From IMG/VR virus record IMGVR_UViG_3300020472_000028, positions 1 to 57,590 of that record: a stretch of DNA of 57,590 bases. One strand, written 5' to 3'. Numbering within the stretch: the stretch's first letter is position 1; the number at the start of each line of letters is the position of its first letter. The notes under the pieces were generated by a model. The model was not told the origin of the DNA and did not search any database. It worked only from the letters and a program-made list of their open reading frames with translations. The position numbers and the translations under genes are program-made. Source of the DNA: a virus. Its lineage: Duplodnaviria; Caudoviricetes. Positions 10,161 to 19,482 of the stretch are shown piece after piece.

Positions 10161-11025
10161 AAAGAAGAAGAAGTGGGTAAGATTTTACTCAGTACAAGAT
10201 GGAGTATCTGCATTACAACCTTGGATACCTGCCAAGCAACTTAAGAGACCTTGGGTAAAGGATGCACTTAAGAAATACTATGGTAAGGACAGTGCTTGCC
10301 CTGTAATGAAGGTCAAGAAGTTATTTCAACATCATAAGCAAGTACTCCAATATGGTCAGGGTGAGGAAAACTATGATGGTTTATTCCAACATGCAGCAAC
10401 ATGTCCAGCATTATCAGAATTATTTCAGAGTGGTTGGATATTAACATCACCAACAGACTTTGTTATATCACAAGATGGTAAGGGTGAGAATTTCTCTTGG
10501 GTAACACAAGTAATGTTTCGCAAGGATAAAGCATTTATAAATGCTCATGCACCTGAGCAGACTGAGGGTATGGTACACTTAGTCAATCAACAGAAACCAA
10601 CTAACGCAATGGTAGTTAAGTTGGAATTACCTTGGAGAGTACAAGCACATAAAGATGTGGTATTTGTACAAATGCCAATACCATACTGGGATGAGGAGAG
10701 ATTCAGTGTCCCTACTGGTATTGTTGATCCATCATATTCATTTGAGGTTAATCTACAACTATTCTGGCATTCTATTGAGGAGGGTGAGTACCTTGTTAAG
10801 GCAGGTACACCACTCGCTCAATGGATACCAGTTCATAGATCATGGTTGAATAATGATGAGTTTGATGTTATAATTGAAGATGCTAATGATGAGGATCATA
10901 AAAACAACAGGGTCATGGACTTTAATAGGTTTATGCACTTTGTAGAGATGACCACATTAAAACAACGCATCGACAATACTAAGACAGTCCTTGCCCTAAA
11001 TAAAAACAAAGAGAGGTTTGAGTAA
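10144..11025 (+). CDS. Conserved cyanophage hypothetical protein (beta-barrel-like), typically found in oxygenase islands
   Basis: TCPAL...GWIL..P.D, K.ELPW, TGIVD and VKAGTPLAQWIP motifs. Confidence 0.55.
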   Translation: MWNPFKKKKKWVRFYSVQDGVSALQPWIPAKQLKRPWVKDALKKYYGKDSACPVMKVKKLFQHHKQVLQYGQGEENYDGLFQHAATCPALSELFQSGWILTSPTDFVISQDGKGENFSWVTQVMFRKDKAFINAHAPEQTEGMVHLVNQQKPTNAMVVKLELPWRVQAHKDVVFVQMPIPYWDEERFSVPTGIVDPSYSFEVNLQLFWHSIEEGEYLVKAGTPLAQWIPVHRSWLNNDEFDVIIEDANDEDHKNNRVMDFNRFMHFVEMTTLKQRIDNTKTVLALNKNKERFE

Positions 11026-11411
11026 TGCCAGAAGACGTAAGAGAAGTGAATCTTGCTGAAGAAGCAGGTATAGCAGGTAAGGAGGCACCGACTACATTAG
11101 AAGGTCTTATTTCCTTTGATGAGTTGGTAATGAACTTCTTGCAACAGTATGAAGATACTAAAGCAGATTATCATAAACTCCAAGAAGCATTAGATAATAT
11201 GCACTATACTAGTACTATCACTAAGATATCACTAGAAGATTTGCAGACTAAGAAGGATACACTTAATAAACTAAGTGGTGCTGTTGAAGCATTAGCATTG
11301 TTTAAGAAGCATGTTGATCCTAATATCACAGATAAAGAGTTTGTATTTAATAATGAGGAGGAGGTTAAAGAACCTGCTGTTGAGGAAGTAAAGGATGAAG
11401 TTAAGAACTGA
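11025..11411 (+). CDS. Hypothetical acidic coiled-coil protein
   Basis: TAATG coupling with the upstream gene; heptad-like LQTKKDTLNKLSGAVEAL. Confidence 0.6.
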   Translation: MPEDVREVNLAEEAGIAGKEAPTTLEGLISFDELVMNFLQQYEDTKADYHKLQEALDNMHYTSTITKISLEDLQTKKDTLNKLSGAVEALALFKKHVDPNITDKEFVFNNEEEVKEPAVEEVKDEVKN

Positions 11412-12081
11412 GCATCTATTTCCAACACCTATATGGATATTTGATGACGTACCATTAGATAATGATCAGATTCGTAATTTTGTATATCAAGTACAAAAGG
11501 ATGATCCTGATGGTATGAGAAAGTCTAACATGGGTGGATGGCAATCTAATGATTTTATTGCACCCTATATTGATAACACACCATTAGGTGACTTACATCA
11601 TCATGCAACAGCAAATACATATACTGCTGGTGACGAATTTGGGTTTCGTGATTATACCCTTAAGTTGTCAAATATGTGGATGAATATTAATAAGAAGGGA
11701 GATAGTAATCACATACACACACATTCTGGATCTATGTTTGCTGGTGTATACTATGCAAAGGTACCCAACTGTTGTTGTGGTGAATTAAAATTTCATAGAC
11801 CTATGCAAGATCAGTGTATCAAAGAATATTGGGGATGCAATGAGAACTTTGATAGACATGAGGAGGCAATGAATTTCACTGAGTGGTATGTACAACCTAA
11901 AGAAAATACTATGGTTATATTTCCATCATGGTTGATGCACAGTGTTGACAAGAGTGCTAGTGATGATGATAGAATATCTCTATCATTTAATATGCACGTG
12001 TTTTCTAATTATTATCGTGAAAATGAAGTATATCCACAAAAAAGATATAATAAACCCAACGTACCTCTCTCGCTTAAATAA
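11395..12081 (+). CDS. Putative Fe(II)/2OG oxygenase (TIGR02466-like)
   Basis: LFPTPI, SNMGGWQS, WMNIN...HTH, FPSWLMHSV, DRISLSFN. Confidence 0.85.
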   Translation: MKLRTEHLFPTPIWIFDDVPLDNDQIRNFVYQVQKDDPDGMRKSNMGGWQSNDFIAPYIDNTPLGDLHHHATANTYTAGDEFGFRDYTLKLSNMWMNINKKGDSNHIHTHSGSMFAGVYYAKVPNCCCGELKFHRPMQDQCIKEYWGCNENFDRHEEAMNFTEWYVQPKENTMVIFPSWLMHSVDKSASDDDRISLSFNMHVFSNYYRENEVYPQKRYNKPNVPLSLK

Positions 12082-12682
12082 ATTAGTATCAGGTCAGAAT
12101 GGATTTCCTTGGTATTTTATATCAGAGGATATATCATATGATGATGCAACTGACTTTAAGTTTGGTGGTGAGGAGATAAGGAATAAGGTACCCGATAAGG
12201 AGAGATCCATCGGGTTTGTCCATATGTTATTAGATCAGGATGGTGTTGAGAGTCCTTGGTTACCTCATTTCTTACCACTATGTGATATGATAAGTGATTC
12301 AATGCCACATCCAGTTGAATTCTTTAGATTGAGGTTAGCATTAATCACTGATATAGGTAAAGAGGGACATCATAATGCACCACATACTGATAATGAGGAG
12401 GACCATTATGCAGCACTATTCTATCTACATGAGTCAAATGGTGATACTGTATTCTTTGATCAGTATGATGACCCTAAGAGTGGCACTGTAGATGAGAGAT
12501 GGTACAAAGCAAGACACCAAAAATATACTATTCAGAAGAGGGTAACACCTGAACCAAATAGTTTATTTGTATTCGATGGACATCAGTTCCATGCTTCAAC
12601 AAATCCATACGGTGAGCACCTCTACCGTGTGACATTAAATATTAATTTCAGATGTAACCATGATCTCTTCGCTACTTGCTAA
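12023..12682 (+). CDS. Putative Fe(II)/2OG oxygenase (HxD...H)
   Basis: PHTD, LFYLHESNGDTVFF, FDGHQFHAS, RVTLNIN. Start moved to ATG 12023 to limit overlap. Confidence 0.8.
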   Translation: MKYIHKKDIINPTYLSRLNKLVSGQNGFPWYFISEDISYDDATDFKFGGEEIRNKVPDKERSIGFVHMLLDQDGVESPWLPHFLPLCDMISDSMPHPVEFFRLRLALITDIGKEGHHNAPHTDNEEDHYAALFYLHESNGDTVFFDQYDDPKSGTVDERWYKARHQKYTIQKRVTPEPNSLFVFDGHQFHASTNPYGEHLYRVTLNINFRCNHDLFATC

Positions 12683-13391
12683 ATTACACTCATCAAAGAA
12701 TTGGGCAGAGGATGATGAACCACAACTGTGGGAAGGTATTGTTGAGGATCCACATCAGTTTGCTACATGGGATGAGGTAGAGTATTGTCTTAACAACCCA
12801 CAATTTTATTCTATTACATTTATTAATAAGGATGAAGTTAGGTTTGTTGAGTTACCTGAGTATGAACGTTGTTGGTCAAGATCAACAGCAGATGTAGAAG
12901 AGATAATGAAGAATTGGGAGTATGGTCATAATTTAATTATTAATAATTTCGATCAAGGATTTCGTAAGAAGCAAGAGATAATAGAACAGTTTGAGAGATA
13001 CTTTGATGGTAAGACAGCATTTCATGTGTATGCTGGTCTAATGAAATGTAATTCATTTAATGCACATGAAGATACTGCAAGTAATTTTATATTACAAGTA
13101 GAAGGAGAGACACACTGGAAAGTATATAGAAATAGATGTAGTAATCTATTAAAGAAACAACCACAAAGGAAGGAAGACTTTGATTTCTATCAAGATATAG
13201 TACCAGAACCAGAGGCATTAGATTGTGTAATAGATCACGTGTTAAAACCAGGTGATATACTATACATACCAGCACGAGGATATCATCAAGCATTCCCAAG
13301 TGGTAAGAGATTATCTGTTAGCATACCGATGCAGCACATGTTACCACATCTAAAACCTATTGATAGGAAATATTATGACCTTTCCCATTGA
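12660..13391 (+). CDS. JmjC / cupin_4 (RoxA/YcfD-like) hydroxylase-domain protein
   Basis: AHED...NFILQVEG..HWKVY and LKPGDILYIPARGYHQA...RLSVSI. Confidence 0.8.
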   Translation: MISSLLAKLHSSKNWAEDDEPQLWEGIVEDPHQFATWDEVEYCLNNPQFYSITFINKDEVRFVELPEYERCWSRSTADVEEIMKNWEYGHNLIINNFDQGFRKKQEIIEQFERYFDGKTAFHVYAGLMKCNSFNAHEDTASNFILQVEGETHWKVYRNRCSNLLKKQPQRKEDFDFYQDIVPEPEALDCVIDHVLKPGDILYIPARGYHQAFPSGKRLSVSIPMQHMLPHLKPIDRKYYDLSH

Positions 13392-14085
13392 GATATTTGA
13401 TACTAAATTAGCATCACAAGAATTATTTGATAAGGTGATGTATCTTCCTTACATGTATACAAGGACGGATGATCCACCATGTAAGGCAAAACCAGAGATT
13501 GATATCAGTAATAACTATTGGACACATCAATTATATAATTTCACACCAAAGGATGATCCAGATTACTTTGATAACTCAGGACTACAGGGGAGTGACAATA
13601 CACTGTACCTAGAATGCTTAGAATATTTGGAAGCAGTTTGCCCAAAAATGCCCAAACGAGACTGGTTATACAGTGCATATATTAATTGTTTAAAGGCAGG
13701 TGATACTCCTGGTGTGCATGTTGATGCACCATATTGGATAGAAGAGAATAAGACAGTATTATTATATCTTAATCCTGAATGGCACCCTAACTATGGTGGT
13801 GAGACTATATTTTATGACCATAGATTAGAAGCACAACGCATTGTATCACCTATACCTGGTAGAATAGTAATATTTGATGGGAGAGTACCCCATTCAGGTA
13901 GACCACCAACTAATAGGTATCCAATAAATAGATATATTATGTCATTCAAATACATGGATCCAGAACGGAGACAGAGTTTGTTTAACAGTGCTGAGATGGA
14001 TAACAAGCATGGACTCTTACCACCAGAGGACATGGGAGTCATTGGTTTCGATTCCAAGACAATAGAAAAACTACTATTGACATGA
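13375..14085 (+). CDS. Putative Fe(II)/2OG oxygenase (prolyl-hydroxylase-like)
   Basis: HVD, TVLLYLNPEW..NYGGETIF, PGRIVIFDGRVPHSGRPP and a distal Arg. Confidence 0.85.
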   Translation: MTFPIEIFDTKLASQELFDKVMYLPYMYTRTDDPPCKAKPEIDISNNYWTHQLYNFTPKDDPDYFDNSGLQGSDNTLYLECLEYLEAVCPKMPKRDWLYSAYINCLKAGDTPGVHVDAPYWIEENKTVLLYLNPEWHPNYGGETIFYDHRLEAQRIVSPIPGRIVIFDGRVPHSGRPPTNRYPINRYIMSFKYMDPERRQSLFNSAEMDNKHGLLPPEDMGVIGFDSKTIEKLLLT

Positions 14086-14318
14086 GCAACAATTTAGATA
14101 GACTAATAAATAGTTCTGCACAAGACCTATTAGGGGAAGGGTCAAAAATGTACATGTCACTTAAAACTGCTATCTTAGATCACGATCAAAAAGAGTTACT
14201 AAAGAAAGCACTATTCTTTTATCAGAAGGATGCTTGCGAGCATTATGGAGATGTTCCAGATAATGATAAGGGAATCATTGAGTCAATCATTGATACTCTG
14301 CACATGAAACATATATGA
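14082..14318 (+). CDS. Hypothetical protein
   Basis: ATGA-coupled ORF within the operon; the true start may lie further downstream. Confidence 0.5.
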   Translation: MSNNLDRLINSSAQDLLGEGSKMYMSLKTAILDHDQKELLKKALFFYQKDACEHYGDVPDNDKGIIESIIDTLHMKHI

Positions 14319-14929
14319 ATGATCCTCAAATAGTACCCTTATTTTCACAACCATTATATATTAATAAGGTAGAGTTAATAGACCTAGATGAAGTAATTAA
14401 TACACCATGCAATAGTGATAACGGAGGATATAGTAATGGTTGGATGAGTGAAACTCAGTGGTTAAAGAAACAACCAAAGATAAGGGCAGTAGTTGAGTAT
14501 AATTTATCAAAATATGTTTATGATGTGTTACAAGTCGATGAGACTAAACATCAATTAGAACATACATCATCATGGGTTAATAAACATAAACCTGGTGATA
14601 GTGGGCACGGTCATGCTCATAATAATGCCATGTTCAGTGGTGTTATGTATTTTAAATGTCCACCTAATAGTGGTGACATAACATTTTATGTCCCATCTAT
14701 GATCCCTACTTGGTGTACTCAAACTCTATATCCAGAGGTTAAGGAGTACAACACATATAATATGAGAGAGTCTAGGATACCAGTTAAGGATGGTATGATA
14801 TTATTATTTCCATCACACTTAGCACATGCTGTTAGACCTAATAATAGTAATGAGGATAGGTATTCCATAGCATTTAATTATATTTTAAGGGGTGACTATG
14901 GTTATGATGACCATCAGTTAAAACTATGA
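14315..14929 (+). CDS. Putative Fe(II)/2OG oxygenase (TIGR02466-like)
   Basis: SWVNKH...HAH.N.MFSGVMY, FPSHLAHAV, DRYSIAFN. Confidence 0.85.
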   Translation: MNDPQIVPLFSQPLYINKVELIDLDEVINTPCNSDNGGYSNGWMSETQWLKKQPKIRAVVEYNLSKYVYDVLQVDETKHQLEHTSSWVNKHKPGDSGHGHAHNNAMFSGVMYFKCPPNSGDITFYVPSMIPTWCTQTLYPEVKEYNTYNMRESRIPVKDGMILLFPSHLAHAVRPNNSNEDRYSIAFNYILRGDYGYDDHQLKL

Positions 14930-15255
14930 CTATTCCTATATTCTTAGCGGAGGCAATTCCATTGGAGATCAGAAACATTCTTAAATCATTAGAGAAGGGG
15001 ATGAAGGTAAGGTTGAGAGGTGGAGAAGAGGGAGTAATTAATTTCATAGGTGATGAGTATATTACTGTCACCACACATGAATGGGAGAAGAAAGATACAT
15101 TACATGGTGTAGCACAAACAAATGTGCTAGTATATCCAGATGAGTGGGAGGATATGGAGATAGAAGACGAGCATTTTTATAATAAAAAGAATTACAAGGG
15201 TGTTATTAAGGACCACCCAGGCAATGAAGATCTACCCGAAGACATTACATCATGA
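14926..15255 (+). CDS. Hypothetical protein (SH3/Tudor-like beta pattern)
   Basis: ATGA overlaps at both ends; GMKVRL.G.EEGVINFIGDEYITV. Confidence 0.6.
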   Translation: MTIPIFLAEAIPLEIRNILKSLEKGMKVRLRGGEEGVINFIGDEYITVTTHEWEKKDTLHGVAQTNVLVYPDEWEDMEIEDEHFYNKKNYKGVIKDHPGNEDLPEDITS

Positions 15256-15950
15256 ATATTAAAGAGACACAAGGCAAGGTCAAGACAGTATACTCTACTG
15301 ATGACACTGAGACAGTTCTTATACAATATGAGGACAAGGTTACTGCTGGTAATGGTAGAAGAGTAGATTTCCCAGAGGGTAAAGGTGAGGTATGTGCTAA
15401 GATATCTGAATGTTTATTTCAATTACTTGAATTAAATGATATTGATACTCATTATATTAATATGCCAACCAGTACTGCGATGGCATGTAGAAGAGTAGAT
15501 ATTATACCAATAGAGGTAGTAGTTAGAAATATAGCAGCAGGTAGTATTGTTAGACAAACTAATATACCAGAGGGTACAGTATTTGATGCACCATTAGTTG
15601 AGTTTTATCTTAAGGATGATGAGAAGGATGATCCACTATTAACAGAGGATCGTATATCATTAATGAAGTTTACCAATATTGGTACTAACTTACCCATACT
15701 TAAGTCAATAGCACGTAATATTAATGCTATACTAAAAGAGACCTTTAAAGATATAGGTCTTACACTTGTAGATTTTAAATTGGAGTTTGGTTATGATTCT
15801 AGACAGAATATACTCGTTGCTGATGAACTATCACCTGATGGAATGCGACTCTGGAAAGAAGGTAAGAGTTTTGATAAGGACTTGTTTAGGAAGGGAGAAG
15901 GTGATATAGTGGAGGCATATAATAATATATTAATTGAACTAACATCATGA
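15252..15950 (+). CDS. purC: SAICAR synthetase (auxiliary metabolic gene)
   Basis: GKVKTVY, IIPIEVVVRNIAAGS, EFYLKDD...DP, LVDFKLEFG, ADELSPDGMRLW, DKDLFR. Confidence 0.95.
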   Translation: MNIKETQGKVKTVYSTDDTETVLIQYEDKVTAGNGRRVDFPEGKGEVCAKISECLFQLLELNDIDTHYINMPTSTAMACRRVDIIPIEVVVRNIAAGSIVRQTNIPEGTVFDAPLVEFYLKDDEKDDPLLTEDRISLMKFTNIGTNLPILKSIARNINAILKETFKDIGLTLVDFKLEFGYDSRQNILVADELSPDGMRLWKEGKSFDKDLFRKGEGDIVEAYNNILIELTS

Positions 15951-16123
15951 GAAAAATTGATCCAAGTGAATACATGCAGAAGGGATGGGATGAATCACCA
16001 GTTGGTGCTCACCCATATGTGAGAGGGTCAAGGCATAATAAGATTGGTATCACTATCATGTGGACCTACTATATTATTATAATATTAATGGTAACAAGAC
16101 TTATACTGGTATTAAACTCATGA
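15947..16123 (+). CDS. Small membrane protein, 58 aa (not in ORF track)
   Basis: Hand translation MRKIDPSEYMQKGWDESPVGAHPYVRGSRHNKIGITIMWTYYIIIILMVTRLILVLNS; ATGA overlaps with both neighbours; hydrophobic C-terminal helix. Confidence 0.7.
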   Translation: MRKIDPSEYMQKGWDESPVGAHPYVRGSRHNKIGITIMWTYYIIIILMVTRLILVLNS

Positions 16124-16305
16124 GATTAACTGCTGAAATAATTAAAGAGATACAATTAGCAATGGTACATACCAAGAAGGATGGCACTGTTAATTGGCAT
16201 GATGGTGATGAGATAGATGTGTGCCTAGCAGGTACATTTGCTGGTGATAAGTTTATTACTATCATCAATCGTACACGTAGTAATACCACTAAACAAAATG
16301 CCTGA
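16120..16305 (+). CDS. Hypothetical small protein
   Basis: MRLTAEII...VCLAGTFAGDKFITI; ATGA-coupled start at 16120. Confidence 0.6.
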   Translation: MRLTAEIIKEIQLAMVHTKKDGTVNWHDGDEIDVCLAGTFAGDKFITIINRTRSNTTKQNA

Positions 16306-16567
16306 TGAATTTACTATTGACATTGATAAGGCATTAGAGAATGCTAAGACCAATGATCTAGCAGGTGATAGAGGATATAAGAAACCTGATGGTCTTGAAT
16401 CAGTGCGTAAATCTGTTGATAACTGTGTTAACCTAGCAGGTTTAGATAAGAAGATCATGGAAGAACTACTCAAAGGTGAGTGGGCAGAGTATAGTACTCT
16501 TAACAGTGTGGGTAGACAGTCTCAGAAAATTGTGATAGAATATAATATATCACAAAAGAAAGAATGA
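16298..16567 (+). CDS. Hypothetical protein
   Basis: MPDEFTIDIDKALENAK...KIVIEYN; coupled to both neighbours. Confidence 0.55.
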   Translation: MPDEFTIDIDKALENAKTNDLAGDRGYKKPDGLESVRKSVDNCVNLAGLDKKIMEELLKGEWAEYSTLNSVGRQSQKIVIEYNISQKKE

Positions 16568-17517
16568 AGGACACCATATTATATGGTGATTGTCGAGAGA
16601 CATTATCAGCATTTATCGATAAGGCGAGGATGTGTGTAACGTCACCGCCTTATTATGGTCTTAGGGACTATGGTGGTGAACAAGATCAAATAGGTCAGGA
16701 GCAGTCACCAGAGGAGTATATAGATAATTTAGTAAAGGTATTCAGGGAGGTGCGAAATGTGCTCACAGATGATGGAACTTGTTGGGTTAATATTGGCGAT
16801 AGTTACTATAATTACAGACCTGGAAGGGGACAAGGACTGGCAAAACAAACAGTCTCAAATACTAAACAAGACCTACCAGATGTGTGTCCTCGCAGAGGAA
16901 ATAGACTCGACGGACTCAAAGAAAAAGATTTAATTGGTATACCTTGGATGTTAGCATTTGCATTACGTGCTGATGGATGGTATTTAAGACAAGATATAAT
17001 ATGGCATAAACCTAATCCAATGCCTGAGAGTGTGAGAGATAGATGTACTAAATCACACGAGTATATATTTTTATTGAGTAAGAGTAAGAAGTATTATTAT
17101 AACAATGAAGCAATCAAAGAACCAGCAAAGGACTGGGGCACAAGAGATAGATCAAAAGGAAAGTATCACAACAAAGGTACAGGACTCCAACCGCATTCAG
17201 GTCTTGAGAAATCATATCCAACAAAGAATAAACGATCTGTATGGTCAGTAACAAATAAACCATACAAGGGATCACATTTTGCTACATTCCCTAGAGACCT
17301 CATTGTACCATGTATCAGAGCAGGTAGTGAGAAGGGTGATATAGTATTAGATCCCTTTATGGGCAGTGGTACCACTGCAATGGTAGCAAAGGAGTTAGGT
17401 AGATACTACCTAGGATGTGAGTTGCACAAGGACTATTCTAATTTAATAGACAAGAGACTGGGACTGTATGCCAGTCTACAAACTGGTGGCACTGCTGATA
17501 CAGATGACTCTGATTGA
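16564..17517 (+). CDS. DNA amino-methyltransferase (N4-C/N6-A), beta class, copy 1
   Basis: TSPPY catalytic motif near the N-terminus; IIWHKPNPMPES; HFATFP; VLDPFMGSGTT SAM-binding motif near the C-terminus. Confidence 0.93.
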   Translation: MKDTILYGDCRETLSAFIDKARMCVTSPPYYGLRDYGGEQDQIGQEQSPEEYIDNLVKVFREVRNVLTDDGTCWVNIGDSYYNYRPGRGQGLAKQTVSNTKQDLPDVCPRRGNRLDGLKEKDLIGIPWMLAFALRADGWYLRQDIIWHKPNPMPESVRDRCTKSHEYIFLLSKSKKYYYNNEAIKEPAKDWGTRDRSKGKYHNKGTGLQPHSGLEKSYPTKNKRSVWSVTNKPYKGSHFATFPRDLIVPCIRAGSEKGDIVLDPFMGSGTTAMVAKELGRYYLGCELHKDYSNLIDKRLGLYASLQTGGTADTDDSD

Positions 17518-17525
17518 TGTATACT
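17468..17525 (+). promoter_or_regulatory. Early-promoter element (palindrome + -10 box), copy 1
   Basis: ATGCCAGTCTACAAACTGGTGGCAC followed 27 nt later by TATACT (17520-17525). Confidence 0.6.
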
Positions 17526-17548
17526 AGTACTATAGAATTTTTAAATCG

Positions 17549-18187
17549 ATGAAATTACGTCCCCCATCGCACGACGACATCGCTGCTGATCTCAAACAAA
17601 TCATTCCACTTGCTCTCACTCGCACATCAGAGAGGATTGCTAAATGTGTTGAAATTGCAGGTGATGGAGAGTTTGCACACTTAGGAGAATGGTTTCAACA
17701 AACTGTTGATAGGACTAAGTATGTTGCACCTATCTTCAATGTCCAACTAGGTAGAGTCGCTAAAGAACTAGGTGTGGATTACATTGAAGAGGAGGGCATT
17801 GGTTATGATTGTATCGTAGAGAAGCAGAAGGTAGAGAATAAACTATCTCTTGGTACTAAATCACCTCATGCGTTTGCAACTGGTAACAATCACAGTAAAA
17901 CTAAGGTTGACCTTGTTTTCTGCACAAAATTAGTGTATAATGACAACAATGGGTTTGATCAAATACATGCAAGTGTGGTTGATCTATCACAGAGGACTCT
18001 ACCTCTTATCACAAGATGGAGAGATGACCAGAAGAAAGACAAGAAGACTGGTGAAGTAAAGAATAATAATGGATTCTCTACTCTTGAGATATCAAAGCAT
18101 GATGCACATATTGTGACATGTGTATTTGGTAGCACAAGACCAGCAACTAAATTCTTATACCCTACATATGTCCCTTTCAATCAATAA
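17549..18187 (+). CDS. Hypothetical protein, possible PD-(D/E)xK restriction-type endonuclease
   Basis: GYD-x8-ENK spacing resembles a PD...(D/E)xK active site; lies between two MTases. Confidence 0.45.
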   Translation: MKLRPPSHDDIAADLKQIIPLALTRTSERIAKCVEIAGDGEFAHLGEWFQQTVDRTKYVAPIFNVQLGRVAKELGVDYIEEEGIGYDCIVEKQKVENKLSLGTKSPHAFATGNNHSKTKVDLVFCTKLVYNDNNGFDQIHASVVDLSQRTLPLITRWRDDQKKDKKTGEVKNNNGFSTLEISKHDAHIVTCVFGSTRPATKFLYPTYVPFNQ

Positions 18188-19010
18188 AACATATCATCTC
18201 AACTGCATAGCAGGTATGGAGAAGATGGATGAGGAGAGTGTTGACCTAGTGGTCACCTCTCCACCTTATGATGACTTGAGGACATATAATGATAGCAGTA
18301 AATGGGATCAGAATACATTCTATGCAGTTGCAGCACAACTGAATAGGGTGTTGAAACCAGGTGGTGTCATCATGTGGAATGTAAATGATGCTACCATAAA
18401 TGGTAGTGAGTCTGGATCATCATTTCGACAGGCATTACATTTCATGGACTTAGGGTTGAGATTACATGATACAATGATATATGAGAAGACTGGCACTGCA
18501 TTTGCATCTGGTCCTAAGAGTGTGAGATATACTCAACAGTTTGAGTATTGTTTTATATTATCTAAGGGTAAACCTAAGACTATCAATCTATTGTGTGATA
18601 AGAAGAATAAGTGGGCAGGTCACCAGTCATGGGGTAATGCACAGACTAGGAGTAAGGATGGATCAATCAAGGATCCTGGTAAGAAGAGCAAAGAGATTAA
18701 GGAGTGGGGAGTACGCACTAACATTTGGAGGATAAAGAATAGTGGTGGGTTTGGACAGTCAAGTAAGAGTGCGTACAAACATCCTGCTACCATGCCAGAG
18801 GAGTTAGCACGTGGTCATGTACACACGTGGAGTAACGAGGGTGACCTTGTGTTAGATCCCTTTATGGGTAGTGGCACATCTGCCCAAATTTGCCTAGAAA
18901 TGCTCAGAAATTATATTGGGTTTGAGATAGATGATACATACTATCAAATGTGTGTTGATAGGGTCAAACCTTATCAGGACAATCTACTCACAAGACTAGC
19001 AGCAAATTAA
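18168..19010 (+). CDS. DNA amino-methyltransferase, beta class, copy 2
   Basis: DLVVTSPPY, HPATMPEELA, VLDPFMGSGTS, YIGFEID. Confidence 0.93.
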   Translation: MSLSINKTYHLNCIAGMEKMDEESVDLVVTSPPYDDLRTYNDSSKWDQNTFYAVAAQLNRVLKPGGVIMWNVNDATINGSESGSSFRQALHFMDLGLRLHDTMIYEKTGTAFASGPKSVRYTQQFEYCFILSKGKPKTINLLCDKKNKWAGHQSWGNAQTRSKDGSIKDPGKKSKEIKEWGVRTNIWRIKNSGGFGQSSKSAYKHPATMPEELARGHVHTWSNEGDLVLDPFMGSGTSAQICLEMLRNYIGFEIDDTYYQMCVDRVKPYQDNLLTRLAAN

Positions 19011-19217
19011 ATGCTTAGACAGAAAGTATGGGTAACACCCATCTCAGAACAAAGTAAACTCACATGGTGCACATATCTTAACAGTAAGAATGTTGTACAC
19101 CTTGAGCATAATAGAATAGATAAACTATTCGTGTCATCACTGGATAACCCAGACTTTTGGTTCTGGATCAACAAAGAAAACGATACTAATTGGGAGTATA
19201 AGATATTAAATGACTAA
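19011..19217 (+). CDS. Hypothetical protein
   Basis: Abuts the MTase stop; FWFWINKENDTNW aromatic C-terminus. Confidence 0.6.
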   Translation: MLRQKVWVTPISEQSKLTWCTYLNSKNVVHLEHNRIDKLFVSSLDNPDFWFWINKENDTNWEYKILND

Positions 19218-19482
19218 TTCTAATATAAATGTGACAGAGACAGAGCATCCAGCACAACAGCATCAGCAGGATGTCAACGCATGTATACATCACATCAGAG
19301 ATGCAGTGGTTGATTATGTTGAGTCTGAAGTGCTAACTCCTGGAGAATTTGTTAATTGTGTCAGGACAGCATTATCTGACAGCATAAATTACCATTCTCA
19401 GAGGGCAAAATTGCTCAAAGATGCCCAAGATTTGTTAACAAATAACATCACAGATAAGGAGTTTGTTCAACAACAATTATGA
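19210..19482 (+). CDS. Hypothetical helical protein
   Basis: Overlap-coupled ORF. Confidence 0.6.
   Translation: MTNSNINVTETEHPAQQHQQDVNACIHHIRDAVVDYVESEVLTPGEFVNCVRTALSDSINYHSQRAKLLKDAQDLLTNNITDKEFVQQQL

Noticed and set aside
11942-12022. Extended upstream starts given by the track (also 16060, 16238, 18120, 22709, 24464, 26984, 27177, 33427)
   Set aside because: They overlap upstream genes, promoters or RNA stems; downstream ATGs fit coupling and promoter positions better.
15252-15950. Modified-base pathway (PurZ/2-aminoadenine-like) suggested by a pur gene near oxygenases and MTases
   Set aside because: The protein is a canonical PurC, not a PurA/PurZ homologue. The MTases are amino-type rather than C5, and I saw no TET/JBP signature.
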